Assembly: GCF_003334315.1 (NCBI RefSeq)
Contig: NZ_QOWR01000021.1
DNA from: Escherichia coli
Lineage (GTDB): Bacteria; Pseudomonadota; Gammaproteobacteria; Enterobacterales; Enterobacteriaceae
DNA length: 64,000 nucleotides
Reading direction: 5' to 3' (one strand)
This document shows positions 1 through 10,969 of the stretch, piece by piece (positions within the stretch are counted from its first letter, which is position 1; the number at the start of each line of letters is the position of its first letter). Below the pieces are notes generated by a model, which was not told the origin of the DNA, did not search any database, and saw only the letters and a program-made list of their open reading frames with translations. A program made the translations under genes and the position numbers.

Positions 1-228
1 AGGCAGCACCTGGCACGGCTGGGACGGAAGTCGCTGTCGTTCTCAAAATCGGTGGAGCTGCATGACAAAGTCATCGGGCATTATCTGAACATAAAACACT
101 ATCAGTAAGTTGGAGTCATTACCCGAATTCAGACAAATATAAACAAATCCTGCTCAAAATTAAAAATTCTAACCGGTAAAAGATATTACTTAAACATGTA
201 AATTCACTTTCCTTTAAAAAACAAAAAA

Positions 229-258
229 CCGCCAAAATCAGGCGGTTTTTTGTTGCTG
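229..258 (+). terminator. Rho-independent terminator-like hairpin (aaccgcc..ggcggtt followed by T-run); A-run upstream makes it potentially bidirectional
   Basis: GC stem-loop followed by TTTTTTG read directly from the sequence. Confidence 0.6.
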
Positions 259-389
259 GTCCGGTTCGCGGCCTTTCCAGCAGGTTGTATTACCGTAGTA
301 ATGCAAGCGCGTCTCAGCGGAGACAATACTCGCCAGTAACTCTCTTTTTGTCAAGCAAAAGAGAGTTATTATTGTTCTGTTAGTGTATT

Positions 390-705
390 ATCCACTGCGG
401 CCCTTTCCGCCGTCTCGCAAACGGGCGCTGGCTTTAGGAAAGGATGTTCCGTGGCCGTAAATGCAGGTGTTTCACAGCGCTTGCTATCGCGGCAATATCG
501 CCAGTGGTGCTGTCGTGATGCGGTCTTCGCATGGACCGCACAATGAAGATACGGTGCTTTTGTATCGTACTTATTGTTTCTGGTGCGCTGTTAACCGAGG
601 TAAATAATAACCGGAGTCTCTCCGGCGACAATTTACTGGTGGTTAACAACCTTCAGAGCAGCAAGTAAGCCCGAATGCCGCCCTTTGGGCGGCATATTTT
701 AGATT
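390..705 (+). ncRNA. ryfA: Putative sRNA RyfA region (sseA-sseB intergenic), ending at the terminator hairpin 675-700; 5' end not determined
   Basis: RyfA is known to lie between sseA and sseB, convergent with sseB; strong + strand terminator abuts the sseB stop; no long ORF; boundaries are approximate. Confidence 0.35.
675..700 (+). terminator. Intrinsic terminator (atgccgccc-tttg-ggcggcat then ATTTT) overlapping the sseB stop codon
   Basis: Perfect 9-bp stem plus T-run seen in sequence. Confidence 0.6.
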
Positions 706-1484
706 ATCCGATTCTGTTTAAAGTCACGCAAAAAACCACCCCAGCGACGTTCATAGAATGGCGCAATATGTTCGGTAATAAAGTGGCTAATTCCTTTTTC
801 CCCTTTTTTCACCTGACAAATATCGATTGGTTCATCGCCAGGTAATGTATCGGTCGCTACACTTCCCGTCGCCTGAATAATTTCTTCGATATCACCATCG
901 GCTTCAATGCCAATAAGTAAATTAGGCTGTGCCTCTTCGTTCTCTTTAATTGAACAAATAAAAGCACGCTTCACCGGCTTAATGGTTTTAAATAAGGTGG
1001 TGAGTGAATCAATCATTTGTGCTGGCGGCTCTGCGACTTCCGATAATATCAGCGATTCACCGCCTTCCAGGATTTCCTGGCTGCTCAGCGGATTTCCCTC
1101 TTCACCAATCAACAAACTGATTTCACGCGGCATAAATTCTTTACCGGTTGGCAGTTTGGCATTAAGGAAGAGCGTTTCGCCAAGTGTCATCTCAAACAGC
1201 GTGCGAACGGGCATTACGACAAATGCCTGTTCGTCTTCAACCGCCTGTTGAAGTGCTTCTAACGAGGTGAAAAAAGGAATGACGCTGGTGCCGTCTTCTT
1301 TTTCCCAGTGCTGTAAATCAAGCGCGCTATCTTCAACCACAGCCTCGCCCTGCGCCGCCGTACCAGGCACCCAGACGGTGGATTCCAGTAGAGTACGGAA
1401 AAAGGCCGGGCGGTGCGCCGGTTCAGTTGCTGCTTTTTCCAGCAGGTCTTCAAGTTCGTTTTTTGTTTCGGACATAAGAACCAC
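699..1484 (-). CDS. sseB: Enhanced serine sensitivity protein SseB
   Basis: 261-aa ORF recognised as SseB; position between the ryfA region and pepB. Confidence 0.9.
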   Translation of the reverse strand: MVLMSETKNELEDLLEKAATEPAHRPAFFRTLLESTVWVPGTAAQGEAVVEDSALDLQHWEKEDGTSVIPFFTSLEALQQAVEDEQAFVVMPVRTLFEMTLGETLFLNAKLPTGKEFMPREISLLIGEEGNPLSSQEILEGGESLILSEVAEPPAQMIDSLTTLFKTIKPVKRAFICSIKENEEAQPNLLIGIEADGDIEEIIQATGSVATDTLPGDEPIDICQVKKGEKGISHFITEHIAPFYERRWGGFLRDFKQNRII

Positions 1485-1510
1485 AATTCATTCAACGTTC
1501 GGGGCGCAAA

Positions 1511-1610
<100 letters not shown>

Positions 1611-1616
1611 ATTAGT

Positions 1617-2900
1617 TTACGCCGTTAACAGATTAGCTATCGTGCGCACACCAAGTCCCGTAGCGCCCGCAGACCACTGTTCAACCGGCGCTTTACGGTA
1701 AGTCGCCGAGCAGTCGATATGCAGCCAGCCTTGCTGATAGTTCTCAACAAAGTGCGACAGGAAGCCCGCCGCCGTGCTCGCGCCTGCCGGATACGCCGCG
1801 CTTCCGGTATTGTTCAGTTCGGCAAAGTTAGACGGCAGCTGGCTGCGGTGGAACTCCGCCAGCGGCAGACGCCAGAACGGTTCGTTCTCCTGCGCGGCAC
1901 TCGCCAGCAAGCGACCGGCCAGCGCATCGTCAAAACTGAACAGCGCGTGATAATCATTACCCAGCGCAGTTTTCGCCGCCCCGGTGAGGGTCGCCGCATC
2001 AATGATCATTTCCGGTTTCTGCGCACTGGCATCAATCAGACCATCGGCAAGCACCAGACGCCCTTCGGCATCAGTGTTCATCACTTCAACTTTTTTACCG
2101 TTGCGATAGGTGATGATATCGCCCAGCTTGAACGCATTGCCGCTAATCAGGTTATCCGCACAGCAGAGGAACAGCTTCACGCGCTTGTTCAGTCCGCGCG
2201 TAATGGCAAATGCCAGCGCCCCGGTAACCGTTGCCGCGCCGCCCATGTCCGACTTCATCGAGTCCATAAACGCAGTCTGTTTGATGCTGTAGCCGCCGGA
2301 GTCAAAAGTGATACCTTTACCTACCAGGCACGCGTACACTGGCGCTTCTTTATCGCCAGTTGGGTTGTAATCCAGCGCCAGCAATACCGGAGAACGTTCT
2401 GAACCGCGTCCGACGGTGTGCAGCCCCATATAACCTTGCTCACGCAGATCTTCGCCTTTGGTGATCCGATAAGTCACACGATCGCCCGCGACGTTGCTGA
2501 TCAGATCAACAGCACGCTGTGCCAGTTGCGATGGTCCCAATTCTTCTGCCGGTGCGTTGATGGTGTCACGCACCCAGTCGATGATCATCAGGCGGTTATC
2601 CAGTTCCTGGCGCTGGGCATCGTCCAGATCCGGCCACTCCACTTTACGCGTGCCTTTCGGGGCTTTGTAACCTTGCCAGAATGCCCAGCAGCGATCCGCA
2701 TCCCAACCTTCACCGCTTAACTGAACATGCTTGATGCCCAGACCGTCAATCTTGCGGGCCGCACGCTGGATCAGCCCCAGATCGTCTGCCCCGTTCAAAT
2801 GCAGGGTAATGCCATCATTATTAATGCTGTAAGTTGCTTTTTCTCCCCAGCGCGCGTCGGCAGGTTGGGTAGAGAGGGTAATCTTCATCGCTTCTGTCAT
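1617..2900 (-). CDS. pepB: Aminopeptidase B (peptidase M17 family)
   Basis: ORF matches PepB; start trimmed to MTEAMKITL (427 aa) rather than the longest ORF. Confidence 0.93.
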   Translation of the reverse strand: MTEAMKITLSTQPADARWGEKATYSINNDGITLHLNGADDLGLIQRAARKIDGLGIKHVQLSGEGWDADRCWAFWQGYKAPKGTRKVEWPDLDDAQRQELDNRLMIIDWVRDTINAPAEELGPSQLAQRAVDLISNVAGDRVTYRITKGEDLREQGYMGLHTVGRGSERSPVLLALDYNPTGDKEAPVYACLVGKGITFDSGGYSIKQTAFMDSMKSDMGGAATVTGALAFAITRGLNKRVKLFLCCADNLISGNAFKLGDIITYRNGKKVEVMNTDAEGRLVLADGLIDASAQKPEMIIDAATLTGAAKTALGNDYHALFSFDDALAGRLLASAAQENEPFWRLPLAEFHRSQLPSNFAELNNTGSAAYPAGASTAAGFLSHFVENYQQGWLHIDCSATYRKAPVEQWSAGATGLGVRTIANLLTA

Positions 2901-3077
2901 TTTAGTTATCCTTCTTTGTAAAAGGGCCGCCAGTTGGCAGCCCCAGGATTTTTCCGCTAAATGATTCGCGTTGCAGGAAGGCGGCAAGTGAGTGAAGCCC
3001 CAGGAGCATAGATAACTATGTGACTGGGGTGAACGAGCGCAGCCAACGCATCTGCGGCGTGAAGCATGACGCGGAAA

Positions 3078-3278
3078 TTATTCGGCCTCGTCCAGCCAGA
3101 CTAACAAAATCGCTTCGAGGATTTTCTCGTTGGATGCCTGCGGGTCGTCGTCGAAATCTTCCAGATCGCAAATCCACTGATGCATATCGGTGAATCGAAC
3201 CGTTTTCGGATCAAGATCGGGATACGCATCGTACAGTGCTTCGCCAATTTCGCGGCTATCGGTCCACTTAAGTCCCAT
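3078..3278 (-). CDS. iscX: Fe-S cluster assembly protein IscX
   Basis: 66-aa acidic protein [24 protein letters not shown], downstream of fdx. Confidence 0.93.
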
Positions 3279-3289
3279 ACTAACCTCTG

Positions 3290-3625
3290 TTAATGCTCAC
3301 GCGCATGGTTGATAGTGTAACGCGGGATTTCGACTACTAAATCTTCGTCGGTAACGCGCGCCTGGCAGCTTAAACGGCTTTCCGGCTCCAGTCCCCAGGC
3401 TTTGTCCAGCATGTCGTCTTCCTGCTCTGAGCTTTCCGGCAGTGAGTCAAAACCTTCACGAACGATGCAGTGGCAGGTGGTGCAAGCACAGGATTTTTCA
3501 CAGGCGTGTTCAATCTCGATACCGTTACGCAGAGCTGCGTCGAGAATGGTTTCACCGCTATTAGCTTCCAGAACAGCGCCATCAGGGCAGAGATCCTGAT
3601 GAGGCAAAATAACAATCTTTGGCAT
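3290..3625 (-). CDS. fdx: [2Fe-2S] ferredoxin of the isc operon
   Basis: 111 aa with adrenodoxin-type Cys motif ([12 protein letters not shown]). Confidence 0.95.
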
Positions 3626-3626
3626 A

Positions 3627-5477
3627 TTAAACCTCGTCCACGGAATGGCCTTTCAGCGCACGACGAACCGACTGGTCCATGCGGCGAGCGGCGAAATCCT
3701 GGGTTTGTTTGTCTACGTTTTTAATCGCTTGTTCGATGGCGTCAACATCATCGCCCTGCGCCACTTCACTCAGGTGAGCGGCAGCATCGTCAATGACCTG
3801 ACGTTCTGCGGCGCTTAACAGCGCGGCATCAGCAGCCAGCGCGCCGTGCAGACTTTCCAGCACACGCGCCGCTTCTACTTTTTGTTCTGCCAGCATTCGG
3901 GCTTTTACGTCCTGCTCGGCATAGCTCATTGAGTCTTTGATCATCGAAGCGATTTCGCTATCGGTCAGACCGTAAGACGGTTTGACCTGAATAGACGCCT
4001 CAACGCCGGTGGATTTCTCCATCGCCGTCACGCTCAAAAGACCGTCGGCATCGACCTGGAACGTCACGCGAATATGCGCACCGCCAGCCGGTAGCGCCGG
4101 AATACCACGCAGCGCAAAACGCGCCAGTGAGCGGCAGTCCTGCACCAGTTCGCGCTCACCCTGCATTACATGGATAGACATCGCCGTCTGACCATCTTTA
4201 AAGGTGGTGAAATCCTGAGCGCGGGCCACCGGAATAGTGGTATTACGCGGAATCACTTTCTCCACCAGGCCGCCCATCGTTTCGAGGCCCAGCGACAGTG
4301 GGATCACATCAAGCAACAGCATTTCGCTGTCTGGCTTGTTACCCACCAGAATATCCGCCTGAATCGCCGCGCCAATAGCGACGACTTTATCCGGGTCGAT
4401 GGAAGTCAGCGGTGGACGACCGAAAAATTCGCCTACCCGTTCACGCACCAGCGGCACGCGAGTAGAACCGCCCACCATCACCACTTCCAGCACTTCATCA
4501 GCTTCTACACCCGCGTCTTTCAGCGCGCGACGACAAGCCAGTAAGGTTCGTTTTACCAGTGGCGCGATCAGTTCATTGAATTGTTCACGGCTGATTTCGC
4601 CCTGCCAGCCCGCAACGTTAACGGTCACGGAGTCCGCATCGCTCAGCGCGATTTTGGCTGCAATGGCGGCATCCAGCAGTTCACGCTGAACGCGGTTATC
4701 GCTACGATCAGGAATGCCCGCCTGCTCGCGAATGTAATCCGCCAGCAGATGGTCGAAATCATCGCCGCCGAGCGCGGAATCACCGCCGGTTGCCAGCACT
4801 TCAAACACGCCGCGACTTAAGCGCAGAATGGAAATATCAAACGTCCCGCCACCGAGGTCATAAACGGCGATCACGCCTTCCTGACCGGAATCCAGCCCGT
4901 AGGCGATAGCCGCAGCGGTCGGTTCGTTAAGTAAGCGCAGGACGTGAAGGCCCGCCAGACGCGCCGCGTCTTTGGTGCCCTGACGCTGGGCATCGTCAAA
5001 GTACGCCGGAACGGTGATAACTACACCATCCAGCTCGCCTGCCAGGGCTTCAGTTGCCCGCGCCGCCAGTGCTTTGAGGATGTCCGCAGAAACGCGCACC
5101 GGGTTCAGCAGCCCCGCCGCCGTTTCAATCATCGGCAGGCCGTTTTCGCTGGCCTGGAATTGATAAGGCAGATGCGGATAGCGTTGCTGGATATCAGCCA
5201 GCGAGCGTCCCATCAGGCGTTTAACAGAACTAATTGTGTTGGCGGTATCGAGCGCTGCATTAGTACGCGCGTCATAACCCACCGAATGCCCTTGCTGTTG
5301 ATAGTGAACAACAGATGGCAGCAGGTGACGGCCTTCATGATCGGCTAACGTTTCGGCCTGACCGCTGCGCACTGTCGCCACCAGCGAGTTGGTTGTGCCC
5401 AGGTCAATACCGGCCGCCAGACGACGCTGATGCGGCGCAGCACTCAAACCAGGTTCACTAATTTGTAATAAGGCCAT
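3627..5477 (-). CDS. hscA: Hsp70-type Fe-S cluster chaperone HscA
   Basis: Hsp70 motifs ([16 protein letters not shown]); start trimmed to [10 protein letters not shown] (616 aa). Confidence 0.95.
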
Positions 5478-5493
5478 GTTTAGCTTCCAGAAA

Positions 5494-6009
5494 TTAAAAA
5501 TCGAGCAGTTTTTCTTCGAGTTGTTCGGCACTGCTTCGCAGTTTATCGAGAAAACGCAGCTTACGCACGGTATCCGCCGCCGCGTCCCACGTCTCGTTGT
5601 CTAACTGTTCAACCATCAACTGATGGCGGGTATCAAACATCTTTTTCACACGTTTGATAAAGCTTTCCAGCCGCGCTTCATCTTTCGCCTGTTCGATCTC
5701 GTCCAGCTCTTCGCGCAGCTCCAACTGTTCCATCAGGAACGCGGTGTCGCGCACAGTATGCTGCTCGCTGGCGAGATCAAAGCCGTGCAAAGAAAGCAAA
5801 TATTCCGCGCGCATTAACGGATGACGCAGCGTTTGCCAGGCCTGGTTAATGGTTGCAGATTGCTGTACGGCGGCGAGTTGTTCCGCCTGGCTTCCGCTGG
5901 CGAATTTATCAGGATGATACTGACGTTGTAGATCCTGAAAACGCAGGCTCAGCGCCTGGGTATCGAGTTGATAACGGGCAGGCAAGCCAAAGAGGGTGAA
6001 GTAATCCAT
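5494..6009 (-). CDS. hscB: J-domain co-chaperone HscB
   Basis: 171 aa with HPD motif (QYHPDKF). Confidence 0.95.
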
Positions 6010-6104
6010 AACATTCTCAGGGCTGCGATCCGCCGCGATAACGGCGAATCAGGTAAAACAAACCCCACGCGCAGGCGACCACGGTGGGGTTATCGGTATG
6101 CGCA

Positions 6105-6428
6105 TCAAACGTGGAAGCTTTCGCCGCAACCACACTCATCTTTGACGTTCGGGTTGGTGAATTTAAACCCTTCGTTCAGGCCTTCTTTTACGAAGTCCAG
6201 CTGCGTACCGTCCAGAAATTGCAGGCTTTTGCCATCGACCACGACTTTCACGCCTTTGTCTTCAAACACGATGTCTTCCGGCGTCGGTTCGTCAACAAAT
6301 TCCAGTACATAAGCCATACCTGAACATCCGGAGGTTCTCACGCCCAGACGCAGGCCAAACCCTTTGCCGCGGTTAGCCAGAAAGGTATTTACTCGCGCTG
6401 CTGCACTGTCGCTCAGTGTAATCGACAT
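6105..6428 (-). CDS. iscA: Fe-S cluster insertion protein IscA (A-type carrier)
   Basis: 107 aa, C-terminal CGCGESF motif. Confidence 0.95.
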   Translation of the reverse strand: MSITLSDSAAARVNTFLANRGKGFGLRLGVRTSGCSGMAYVLEFVDEPTPEDIVFEDKGVKVVVDGKSLQFLDGTQLDFVKEGLNEGFKFTNPNVKDECGCGESFHV

Positions 6429-6444
6429 AACCAAACCTCAACTC

Positions 6445-6831
6445 TTATTTTGCTTCACGTTTGCTTTTATAGTCCGCAATGGCGGCTTTGATCGCGTCTT
6501 CTGCCAGAATAGAACAGTGAATTTTCACCGGCGGCAGTTCAAGTTCTTCAGCAATATCGGTATTTTTGATCGCCTGCGCTTCGTCGAGAGACTTCCCTTT
6601 CACCCATTCGGTGACCAGGGAGCTGGAAGCGATAGCAGAACCGCAGCCGTAAGTTTTAAAACGCGCGTCTTCAATGATACCTTCATCGTTGACTTTAATC
6701 TGCAACTTCATCACGTCGCCACAGGCCGGTGCCCCCACCATGCCGCTGCCGACGTTCTCGTCGTTGTTGTCAAAGGAACCCACGTTACGCGGATTCTCGT
6801 AATGGTCGATAACTTTTTCGCTGTAAGCCAT
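6445..6831 (-). CDS. iscU: Fe-S cluster scaffold protein IscU
   Basis: 128 aa, conserved LPPVK and Cys residues. Confidence 0.96.
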   Translation of the reverse strand: MAYSEKVIDHYENPRNVGSFDNNDENVGSGMVGAPACGDVMKLQIKVNDEGIIEDARFKTYGCGSAIASSSLVTEWVKGKSLDEAQAIKNTDIAEELELPPVKIHCSILAEDAIKAAIADYKSKREAK

Positions 6832-6858
6832 TATAAATTCTCCTGATTCCGATACCGA

Positions 6859-8073
6859 TTAATGATGAGCCCATTCGATGCTGTTCAGATCCACGCCCTG
6901 CTTGTACATTTCCCACAGCGGAGAAAGGTCACGCAGACGACCGATGGATTTACGAACTAACTCGATGGTGTAGTCGATCTCTTCTTCAGTAGTAAAACGA
7001 CCTAAAGAGAAACGGATAGAGCTATGTGCCAGCTCGTCGTTCAGCCCCAGCGCGCGCAGCACGTAGGACGGTTCGAGGCTTGCTGACGTACAGGCGGAAC
7101 CTGAAGAAACTGCGAGGTCTTTCAGCGCCATAATCAGCGACTCACCTTCAACGTAGTTGAAGCTGACGTTGAGAATGTTCGGCGCACCGTGTTCCAGGTC
7201 ACCGTTCAGGTAAACTTCTTCGATATCTTTGATGCCGTTCCACAGACGGTTACGCAGGCCGCGCAGACGTTCCATCTCGGTCGCCATCTCTTCTTTTGCG
7301 ATGCGATAGGCCTCGCCCATTCCGACGATCTGGTGAACAGGCAGAGTGCCGGAACGCATACCGCGCTCGTGACCGCCGCCGTGCATTTGCGCTTCGATGC
7401 GTACGCGCGGTTTACGACGTACATACAGCGCACCGATACCTTTCGGGCCATAGATTTTGTGACCGGAGAAAGACATCAGGTCAACTTTCAACTGGCTCAG
7501 GTCGATAGGCAGTTTGCCCACGCTCTGGGTTGCATCAACGTGATAGATAATGCCACGAGCACGGCACATTTCGCCGATAGCCGCGATATCCTGCACCACG
7601 CCGATTTCGTTATTTACGTGCATGATGGAAACAAGGATGGTGTCGTCACGCATCGCTGCTTCAAGTTCTTTCAGGTCGATAATGCCGTTACGCTGCGGTG
7701 CCAGGTAGGTGACTTCAAAACCTTCGCGCTCCAGCTGACGGCAGGTATCCAGTACCGCTTTGTGTTCAGTTTTGCTGGTGATGATGTGCTTGCCTTTTTT
7801 CTGATAAAAGTTGGCTGCACCTTTGATCGCCAGGTTGTCAGATTCGGTTGCACCAGAGGTAAAGACGATTTCACGCGGATCAGCGCCGACCAGATCGGCA
7901 ATCTGATTACGGGCGATATCTACCGCTTCTTCAGCCTGCCAGCCGAAACGGTGAGAACGGGAGGCCGGGTTACCAAAGGTTCCGTCCATCGTCATAAACT
8001 GCATCATTTTCTCGGCAACACGCGGGTCCACCGGCGTGGTTGCGGAGTAGTCGAGATAAATCGGTAATTTCAT
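6859..8073 (-). CDS. iscS: Cysteine desulfurase IscS (PLP-dependent)
   Basis: Class V aminotransferase motifs incl. [12 protein letters not shown] and SSGSACTS; start trimmed to [10 protein letters not shown] (404 aa). Confidence 0.96.
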
Positions 8074-8313
8074 TGCTCTATAAACTCCGTACATCACTCA
8101 ATGCAAGGAATCAGGCTACCGGCTGGATGTACGACCGTGTTTACGGAGCGCGATACGCCCCGGCCTGATTCTAATATCTTGTTATCTTTAACCTAACTGT
8201 TTCGGGTTTCAGCAAGTTGACAAACTTACGAATCTCCGGGAGCTTACATAAGTAAGTGACCGGAGTGAGTATGTGCAGTCAACGCAGATGCAACACGAAA
8301 CAGGACGGTTAAA

Positions 8314-8802
8314 TTAAGCGCGTAACTTAACGTCGATCGCGTCTTGTATGCGGGTGCGTGGCGCGTCGTGAGTATGCTGACGACCAGACACATCCAGCAC
8401 TTCCTGGTTATTAACCAGTTCGCCTAAAGTAATGTTGTTGAGAAAACCGGTGAGACGGTCGCTCAAATCACGCCACAGCGCGTGGGTCAGGCATTTATCG
8501 CCGCCCTGGCAGCCGCCTTTACCCTGACAACGGGTGGCATCTACAGATTCGTCAACGGCGCTAATCACTTCGCCAACGGCGATGCTGCTGGCATCTTTGC
8601 CTAACAGATAACCACCGCCTGGTCCACGTACGCTGGAAACCAGACCATTTTTACGCAGACGGGAAAACAGTTGTTCCAGATAAGAAAGGGAAATTCCCTG
8701 ACGTTCGGAAATATCAGCCAACGGTACCGGGCCCGCTTCAGAGTTGAGCGCAACGTCAAGCATTGCGGTCACGGCATAGCGCCCTTTAGATGTCAGTCTC
8801 AT
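8314..8802 (-). CDS. iscR: Rrf2-family [2Fe-2S] transcriptional regulator IscR
   Basis: 162 aa, Rrf2 HTH and Cys cluster. Confidence 0.95.
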   Translation of the reverse strand: MRLTSKGRYAVTAMLDVALNSEAGPVPLADISERQGISLSYLEQLFSRLRKNGLVSSVRGPGGGYLLGKDASSIAVGEVISAVDESVDATRCQGKGGCQGGDKCLTHALWRDLSDRLTGFLNNITLGELVNNQEVLDVSGRQHTHDAPRTRIQDAIDVKLRA

Positions 8803-8884
8803 GTCTTACTTCACCTCAAACTCGCCCCTGCCCGGGGTTTTTTATTGTAAAAGTGGGGGTATTGCATAGCAGGGTCAAGTCTGA

Positions 8885-8935
8885 CATTCCCGAGTAAATT
8901 GGTCAACTATTTACTTGACTGATTTAGTCGGGTAT
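8885..8935 (-). promoter_or_regulatory. iscR promoter with two tandem type-1 IscR operator sites
   Basis: Minus strand reads ATACCCGACTAAATCAGTCAAGTAA and TAGTTGACCAATTTACTCGGGAATG, matching the IscR type-1 consensus ATASYYGACTRwwwYAGTCRRSTAT. Confidence 0.6.
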
Positions 8936-8977
8936 TTAACCTTCAGTGCCATTTTTTTATCGTGGCGTTTGTACCTG

Positions 8978-9160
<183 letters not shown>

Positions 9161-9162
9161 TG

Positions 9163-9903
9163 TTATTCGGCCTTGTTACCTTTATTCTGCTGCTCAATAG
9201 AAGCCAGAATCCCGCGCAGGATATTCAACTCCTGGCTTTCCGGGCGCGCACGGGTAAACAGACGGCGCAATTTATTCATCACCTGCCCCGGATGGTTTTC
9301 ACGGATAAAACCGGTTGCCTGCAGCGTTTGTTCCAGATGACCATAAAAACGCTCCAGATCATCGACCAGCGGATACGGCGTCTCTTCATGCTCGACCTGC
9401 TCGCCGTTTTCCTGAGTTGCCAGCCAGGCCATGCGCACTTCATAGGCAATAACCTGAACCGCCATCGCCAGGTTCAGCGAGCTGTATTCCGGGTTAGCCG
9501 CAATCGCGACATGATAATGGCATTTCTGCAACTCTTCATTGGTCAGGCCGACACGTTCGCGACCAAAAACCAGCGCCACCGGGGTATTTGCCGCTTCAGC
9601 AACGCTTTTCAAACCGCATTCGCGCGGGTCGAGCATCGGCCACGGCAGCGTGCGGGAACGTGCGCTGGTGCCCACCACCAGGCTACAACCGGCTAACGCT
9701 TCGTCGAGCGTATCGACGATGTGAGCATTACCAATCACATCGCTGGCCCCCGCCGCCAGGGCAATCGCCTGGGAGTCAGGTTTCACCAGTGGATTAACCA
9801 GCCACAGATTGGTTAATCCCATTGTTTTCATGGCACGGGCAACAGAACCCATATTGCCGGTGTGTGACGTCTCCACCAGCACAATTCGAATATTTTGCAG
9901 CAT
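9163..9903 (-). CDS. trmJ: tRNA (cytidine/uridine-2'-O)-methyltransferase TrmJ (SpoU family)
   Basis: 246-aa ORF recognised as TrmJ. Confidence 0.93.
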   Translation of the reverse strand: MLQNIRIVLVETSHTGNMGSVARAMKTMGLTNLWLVNPLVKPDSQAIALAAGASDVIGNAHIVDTLDEALAGCSLVVGTSARSRTLPWPMLDPRECGLKSVAEAANTPVALVFGRERVGLTNEELQKCHYHVAIAANPEYSSLNLAMAVQVIAYEVRMAWLATQENGEQVEHEETPYPLVDDLERFYGHLEQTLQATGFIRENHPGQVMNKLRRLFTRARPESQELNILRGILASIEQQNKGNKAE

Positions 9904-10021
9904 TGTCTTTCTTCGTCTAAAGATTATTCGCGCATCTTATCATAAAACGAAGACAGATGCCGATCTCGCTGCTATACTCTGCGCCGTTTTCCCGTTCTTT
10001 AACATCCAGTGAGAGAGACCG

Positions 10022-10825
10022 ATGCATCCGATGCTGAACATCGCCGTGCGCGCAGCGCGCAAGGCGGGTAATTTAATTGCCAAAAACTATGAAACCCCGG
10101 ACGCTGTAGAAGCGAGCCAGAAAGGCAGTAACGATTTCGTGACCAACGTAGATAAAGCTGCCGAAGCGGTGATTATCGACACGATTCGTAAATCTTACCC
10201 ACAGCACACCATCATCACCGAAGAAAGCGGTGAACTTGAAGGTACTGATCAGGATGTTCAATGGGTTATTGATCCACTGGATGGCACTACCAACTTTATC
10301 AAACGTCTGCCGCACTTCGCGGTATCTATCGCCGTTCGTATCAAAGGCCGCACCGAAGTTGCTGTGGTATACGATCCTATGCGTAACGAACTGTTCACCG
10401 CCACTCGCGGTCAGGGCGCACAGCTGAACGGCTACCGTCTGCGCGGCAGCACCGCTCGCGATCTCGACGGTACTATTCTGGCGACCGGCTTCCCGTTCAA
10501 AGCCAAACAGTACGCCACTACCTACATCAACATCGTCGGCAAACTATTCAACGAATGTGCAGACTTCCGTCGTACCGGTTCTGCGGCGCTGGATCTGGCT
10601 TACGTCGCTGCGGGTCGTGTTGACGGTTTCTTTGAAATCGGTCTGCGCCCGTGGGACTTCGCTGCAGGCGAGCTGCTGGTTCGTGAAGCGGGCGGCATCG
10701 TCAGCGACTTCACCGGTGGTCATAACTATATGCTGACCGGTAACATCGTTGCTGGTAACCCGCGCGTTGTTAAAGCCATGCTGGCGAACATGCGTGACGA
10801 GTTAAGCGACGCTCTGAAGCGTTAA
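10022..10825 (+). CDS. suhB: Inositol monophosphatase family protein SuhB
   Basis: 267 aa, IMPase motifs (WVIDPLDGT). Confidence 0.95.
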   Translation: MHPMLNIAVRAARKAGNLIAKNYETPDAVEASQKGSNDFVTNVDKAAEAVIIDTIRKSYPQHTIITEESGELEGTDQDVQWVIDPLDGTTNFIKRLPHFAVSIAVRIKGRTEVAVVYDPMRNELFTATRGQGAQLNGYRLRGSTARDLDGTILATGFPFKAKQYATTYINIVGKLFNECADFRRTGSAALDLAYVAAGRVDGFFEIGLRPWDFAAGELLVREAGGIVSDFTGGHNYMLTGNIVAGNPRVVKAMLANMRDELSDALKR

Positions 10826-10969
10826 TGACTCAGGCGGGTGATATCACTCACCCGCCCTCGCCTTTCAGGCGCTATTCCGAAATACTTCCTCACTGCTTTA
10901 CTTTCTTTCGTCACTCTCCCACCATCTTTCCCCGATTAATGGATGATAAAGAAGTCGCAAGGAAAGGTT

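Noticed and set aside
1-108. Open reading frame running from the window start to a TAA at 106-108 ([35 protein letters not shown])
   Set aside because: It has no rhodanese-like motifs expected of the SseA C-terminus and I do not recognise it; it is probably a chance open frame in intergenic DNA. Not annotated.
434-649. 71-aa minus-strand ORF in the sseA-sseB intergenic region
   Set aside because: No recognisable domain or ribosome-binding site, and it lies antisense to the putative ryfA transcript. Likely spurious.
1617-2987. Longer N-terminal extensions in the ORF track for pepB, hscA, iscS, hcaR, yphA, yphC, glrR, glrK, tadA, yfhH, yfhL, pdxJ, rseA, rpoE, trmN6, yfiE and grcA
   Set aside because: The ORF track reports the most upstream in-frame ATG/GTG/TTG. 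I trimmed each to the start that reproduces the known protein N-terminus and length as I recall them.
7189-8067. 292-aa + strand ORF
   Set aside because: Entirely antisense within iscS. An open frame opposite a highly expressed GC-biased gene is not supported as coding.
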